A stretch of 64,000 bases of DNA from Eimeria praecox (lineage: Eukaryota), in NCBI GenBank assembly GCA_963920595.1, contig OY986948.1, positions 1,426,001-1,490,000 on the forward strand. The letters run 5' to 3'. The translations under genes were made by a program, and so were the position numbers. The notes beneath the pieces are model-generated. The model saw only the letters and a program-made list of their open reading frames with translations, was not told the origin of the DNA and ran no database searches. Numbering within the stretch: the stretch's first letter is position 1; every line of letters begins with the position of its first letter. Below are positions 55,192-64,000 of the stretch, in pieces.

Positions 55192-58100
55192 GTAGTGCGC
55201 TGGCGTACACACTGCTGCACCTACATACAAACCTGTGTGCCCTTCAGCTCAGTGCATTCCAGAAAATGACAACAAAGTACTCCATTTTAGCTTAGTTAAG
55301 TCGCAAAATACATATCAGTCTGCTTATATAGGGAAAAGAGCCAAGAAAGATTCGTCCCCACACTGGCACCCTATAGAGACCCAATGCCTCGGCTGCACAG
55401 TCAACCCCCAAACTCTGATAGGCTCTGACAACCGTGGCATGTTGGCTCTATTTCTTGTTTAGCTGACATGACGTAGGTCTAAAATTTCATTATATTGGGA
55501 TCATTTCACGGGAACGGCCACTAAACGCCCACTGGGAGATCCATTGTACTGTCTGTGCACGACAAAGTCAGTCTGCTCGTGTCTCCACCAGCCCCGGCCT
55601 TGGGGCAGCTGTTCCCAAGAGCCGGGAGGCCGGATCAAAGGTTATTTGACCTTTTAGAGCTAGTTTTATATGTATTTGACTCACGTTCTGCCTATGACGG
55701 TCCTCGGGAAAGACTGAGAACTCTTGTTACACTTGGTTGCACCGCATGGCTACCCGGGGCAGGTGCGATTGAAAAAGCCAAACCACGCAGCAGGGAAGCT
55801 TAGCGCGCAGGCATACGTAGTGAAGGAGAAAACGTATTTTAGAACCCGTCAAACGCTTCGTTGAAAGTACTCTTCAAAGCCTCAGCCTTTTTCCTTTGAG
55901 TAATGGATATTAATGGCGGTCTGCCCTTAGCTGGGGAGGCAGCCCCAGTCGCGAGCCTCCCCGAGTGGAGCTCGCCTTCCATATTCCACCAGACGGGAAG
56001 AGCATTTCCACCGAAACCAGTTCATGAAGAATGCCTTCGCCAGCGCCCACTATCCATATATGAGGAACGCCGCGATGGGTGGCAGTAGAAGAGTTCTTTG
56101 GATCCCCCGACTCTCACTTTAGTCTTCAAACACACTGGAAGCTCTGCAGTAGTTATGGGATCATCTCTATTAGAAGGGAGCGCATGAAGATGGTTATTCT
56201 TCTAAGCAAATAATTTGATTTCTCGGAGCACAACAGCACTGCGCAAGCCTTTCGTGGGGTTCTGCGATTAAGGCTGATTTCCAGACATGTAAGACAGCCC
56301 GCTATGACGGAGCTGAGAAATCCTGAAGAAGGGAACCTATTCGCCACCTAGGGATCCGGGATGGAGTATCGAGTGGCGTATGCGCTTGTGCAATAAACAA
56401 GGTTACCTAAACCTATATTGCACACGCTGGCGACGAGGGGGTGCAACCTACCTGTTCAGCGACTAAGCTTTGCGGATGGCAGACATGACGTGGGAATCAA
56501 TAAAACTACGCGGCTACAATCCTAGCTACATTCAGAAATGGGCAGTGGTGCTGGGCCACGAGACATCTATCTTGGACCGGTTCACCACGATGTCATCCTA
56601 GACAAGCCGCGAGTGACCAACTGGAGGGCGCCCTAAATTCTCCAGACGACAATATTCAGATTTATGGGCGGGAAAAGATGCGAGCATGCACTCCACAACG
56701 TCGCCAACAGGATTTGTGACCTCTACAGTAAGAGGAGTGGAATCAGTGCTCCAAGGGAGGAAGAGCGAGAAGGCTCCTACGCACTGCAGAAGCAGGGCAG
56801 GAAACAAGGGGGAAATGCTTGCACTCCGTCGTGATGGACTTGTGAAGATTGCGATTTCTTCGGATTGGTTCCTTTTAACACCCAACGAACAGCAGAAGTG
56901 AGCAAATAACTCCGGGAAGGGAGTTGCCGGAGTTACAGGAAACATCCAGATGGCCGCCCACCCACGGGGCGCGCATCCTGACGATACGCACAAGACTGCA
57001 GTCCATATCCGCACGCACAAGCTAGAGGCTGCCCTTCGTGCTCGTGGGGGCAAACTGAAGCTACAGGTCAATTGTCTTCTCCTGGGATCAATCAATGAAG
57101 GATGGATGACAGTATGTGTGGATGATGCAGCCGGAATATGCAGGGGCATTTGCATCGCCTGAGGCGTGCTCTGCAACTGCTACGCGAGGAACAGAAGTCT
57201 GTGAAAGCACAGAAGTCTTCATTTTCTAGTGAAACTATTAGCTTCCTAGACCTTCGTGCATCTGCTGCAGGAGCCGAAAGAGATCTGCCGACGACAGAGC
57301 TAATTCGGACGTGGCCGATAGCCCTGTACACTTGCGCGTACGTCCAGAAGTTCCTTTGTCTCGTATCGCACTGCCTCATGCTCATTCTGGATTCACTCTC
57401 ATTGGCGCCCCTCTAAAGAACCTACTTAAGAAGGACAATCCACTTACTTTGGCGGAGAGAGAATACGAAGCCGCCAGAAACCTTATCAGACGCCTACCAT
57501 CGCCTCCAGTATTCTCGCTTCCTGACTTCGACAAACCTTTCTTCCCAACGACAGACACTAGTGACACAGAAGCTGCGGTGATGGTCTCCCAGCAGGCCGC
57601 TGACTCGGAGAAGCAGCAAGCATTCGCCTGGTACTCACGCCGATGTTACAGTAAGGGAGCAGAAATATCCGTTACGTGAAAACGAGATCTGCGCTATCTT
57701 CATTGTAAAACAATGGCGAGACTACCTATATGGAGGACATTTCAAACTTCGAATCGGCCTTCAGTCCGACGCGCGTGGCAAAGCGCTGTTGAGAATATGA
57801 ATATTCATGGCTCTCTAAGTGACTTTGAAAGCTTACACGGTACGATTTCACTCCAAAGTGGTCACTGGCGCATTCTCCCGACGCGCTGCTGGTCAGCTGC
57901 TGTGGTCTGCGGCTGATTTTACCTGCGGTGATTCACTTCCCCCACCTAAATTGCGTTATCATTACTCCTTGAATGCTTGTGCCGCTGCAGTCCTCGCTAA
58001 GACCAAAAACAAGTGACGGCTTAAATATTATAGTGTCGGCAACGACCTCTTGTGGTGCCACACGAAGCTTGGAATCCGTTAATTATACGCTCCTGTCTCG

Positions 58101-59880
58101 TTTGGCAGAGACTTTTCCCGCAAAATACACGATCATGTTTTAGCGGGTCATGAAGGCGTCAACACAAAGGTTGGGGAGGTTGGTAGGTCCTTTTAGCGCC
58201 CTAAAAGGCGGCCCTCAGCTGAGAAGAATGTACTAGCTTACCGGGAATCGCATCGGTAGAGGGCCCCGCAGCACCTTCAAACCTGGACTCGTAGAATTTT
58301 CGATCTCGAAGCGAACCTAGACCTGCCTGTCGATTGATTTCATGGGCGGTTTACCAGCTTACACAGGCTGGGGTAGCATCCACATTGTCAAGGACAGAGC
58401 TAACAAATAAACCCACATTACCCTCTACCCGAGTTCACTTAGAACAGAAGGAGCAGCACAACAATTCATTAACCACAACTGAAAACTCCAGTCCTCTGGC
58501 AAGCATAATCATTGGCATGGACCCGATGTTATGCTTCCGCTCTCTGACGTCAATTCGTGAAGCGGTTTAACATTGTTCGTGACATGGCGGCAACGAATCA
58601 ACCGGAGGCACACAGTCAAGCTGAACGCACCAATCTTACACCTGGGGAATATTGGCAGCAAACTGCATCAAAGCGGCTTGATTTCCTCCCCTGTGCGAGA
58701 CGGGTTTATAATGCAACAGTGCACTCTTCGACTTGTTGCTCTTTTGCATCCCTGGTCTACGCGACGCTGTTATCTGATCCGACATTAGAGAGAGCTGCCG
58801 TAAGCAATCCTCGTACGCCCGCAGGTTCTATAGACAGCTTGTAGCTGCGTGGGATTCCGTGGGGAAGCCAAACGAGTGCCAGGCAGAAAACTAAAACAAG
58901 TGGCGTTCAGTATTAGCTTTATATCCAGGCGATTTACTTATACTCGATTCGCACGCTTTTAGAAGCGCACAAGAAAACGATTCGCCCGAGAAGTTCGCCA
59001 CGCGAAAGGTAGGGCCTCTGCCTGTACCAGCCAACGCGTTAACAGATACCAGGCAGATAACAGCGTTATCCGTTCTCGGATAACGCGTTGGCTGGCCTTG
59101 TGGACTTATCCTGTGCGTAGAGATGCCACCACAAGATGAATGCTGGTTTCCTCAAAAGATTCAAAAAGTCATCGAACTCCCCCCGAAACTCCAACGTCAG
59201 AGCGACACGGAACAACTGCCGAAGACGCTGATCCTGGACACACGTGCGCCGAGTTACACAGACCAGAACAAACCAATCTTTTACGGCAAACCTCCCGGGA
59301 ACCGACAATCCTAGTGGATTTCTAGGGATTGCTTAAGGGTATCAATTTCTCACGAGCCCATACGAGCCCCCCTCTGTTCAGCGGTCGCGACTGCAGAGGC
59401 GCATAAGCGCAGCTCTGCCTAAATGAGCGCTCTAATTCATCTTTCAGTGCCTGATGCAGAGTGAAATGCGAAACCGTGCTCACATCTACATATATATATA
59501 TATATGCTCTTCCGCCCCAATCGTTTTTCTTTTATTATATACGCCGCTTCCCCTGTATACAGTGAGCCCCGCGGCCCTGTCCCTTAAGCCGGCATTTTCT
59601 TCATATATTCGGGTTAAAGCACCGCGGGTTTGGGGTTGGTGGGGCCCATTCATGTTGTTTTGGATGCTACCCCTCTGCAGCAGCATCAGCAGCCTACAGA
59701 TTTTCATCTTTGCTGCGATGACCCCACAAAAAGCGGTTTCCAGACCGAGCGAGCGGCAGGATGTGCTGTACTTGAGCCGTAGCTACGCCACTCAGCGATT
59801 CCACTGTCGCGAGAAGCGGGTCACCAACGGAAGCAGCCGCTGCTCATGGACGGCCAGGCGCACGAGGACATGCGCCCCTT

Positions 59881-59899
59881 GAGGGAGAGGGGGAGAAGA
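59881..59899 (+). other. Polypurine tract of the retrotransposon
   Basis: GAGGGAGAGGGGGAGAAGA is immediately followed by TGTAACA at 59900, the start of the right-hand repeat copy. Confidence 0.75.
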
Positions 59900-60083
59900 T
59901 GTAACATAGTTTACTTTATGTTGGTACTCGCATCCTACGGAAGGTCAAGTAAGTGCATAAGACAGTCTGCGTTGCAGTCTACAGTGCTAGTGTGCCCAGA
60001 AAAGGGACACTTATTGTGCGTGCTTGTGGGGCTTCCTTGCATTTCTAACTGCAGCAAGATGTGTTAAAGCCCATGACAGGCTT
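59900..60083 (+). repeat. Putative 3' LTR (starts TGTAAC; right end unresolved)
   Basis: Follows the PPT and is homologous to 55002-55191. A further TTAAGTCGC match lies at 60179 versus 55296. Confidence 0.72.
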
Positions 60084-60511
60084 ACCCTTGTCCCCACCTG
60101 CCAAGGCCCATAGGCAGCGGCGCACAGGAAACTTGGAAGCTGGATAAGAGGTCAGTTGCATTTTGTAAGCTCTCACGTTTAAGTCGCCGATTCCTTTGCA
60201 GCTTGTGCCAGTAAGCGATTAAAAGCGAGGACTCGTGTTGCATCGCTGCTGCCGTCGCTGATGCATCGTACCCGCACGGGCAGGACTATACACAGCGGCA
60301 ACAGCAACAACAGCGATGTCACTAAAAACACTAGCAACAGACTGGCAATGACGGCAACATCGGCAATGCAAAGAATACAAGCAACAACATCAGCAACACA
60401 GGCACTAGCAGCAGCAGCAAACAGTGACGCTGTCGGGCTCTGCGTTTACCAGCTCCGACTCAGTTGAGCAGGCCGAATTGCCGCAGATGGGGGCTTGTTA
60501 ACGCTTTCTTA

Positions 60512-64000
<3,489 letters not shown>

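Larger units (their letters stand above)
55002..60190 (+). mobile_element. Degenerate Ty3/Gypsy (chromovirus-like) LTR retrotransposon relic
   Basis: Fragments occur in Gypsy order across many stops and frameshifts: DVILDKP (post-protease DVILG-like, ~56590); RT HPDDTHKTA and VCVDD (YxDD-like) plus HLHRLRRALQLL...KSSF....SFL (56970-57250); RNase H PVFSLPDFDKPF..TDTSD (57505-57570); integrase HDHVLAGHEG (58128) and SQAERTN...YNATVHSST (58610-58735); KFATRKVGPL (GPY/F-like, 58991). A PPT and diverged terminal direct repeats are also present. Confidence 0.88.

Noticed and set aside
54995..60090. Target-site duplication and tRNA primer-binding site for the retroelement
   Set aside because: The flanks at the candidate ends (ATCTG vs GGCTT) do not match, and no TGG-type PBS could be recognised. 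LTR right ends are unresolved.

Overview
Eukaryotic, intron-rich genomic DNA from an apicomplexan parasite. It is most likely a coccidian of the Eimeriidae (Cyclospora/Eimeria type), inferred from the apicomplexan-type actin, TGCATGCA motifs and a Ty3/Gypsy relic. Genes supported: (1) a ~23 kb multi-exon axonemal dynein heavy chain on the minus strand whose N-terminus is Kelch repeats + IPT/TIG + filamin-like Ig, the outer-arm 'alpha' architecture; (2) an intronless membrane-anchored protein with an ABM-like domain; (3) a putative type I membrane protein and a four-TM protein; (4) a CBP3/UQCC1 cytochrome b chaperone set head-to-head with Mediator MED21; (5) a YlqF/RbgA-family GTPase with a signal+transit-like leader; (6) a TKL-like protein kinase; (7) actin. 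There are also several poorly resolved multi-exon hypothetical genes and large AT/CT and GATA microsatellites. The least obvious structure is a decayed Ty3/Gypsy LTR retrotransposon (~55.0-60.2 kb) with a polypurine tract and two highly diverged LTR copies (84/126 gapless identity by hand count). Other points of note: seven inferred GC-AG introns (six in the dynein), and a recurrent GGCCTCTAGAGGCC palindrome family mostly near gene starts. All calls come from reading motifs by eye; exon boundaries are manual, and no database search was run.
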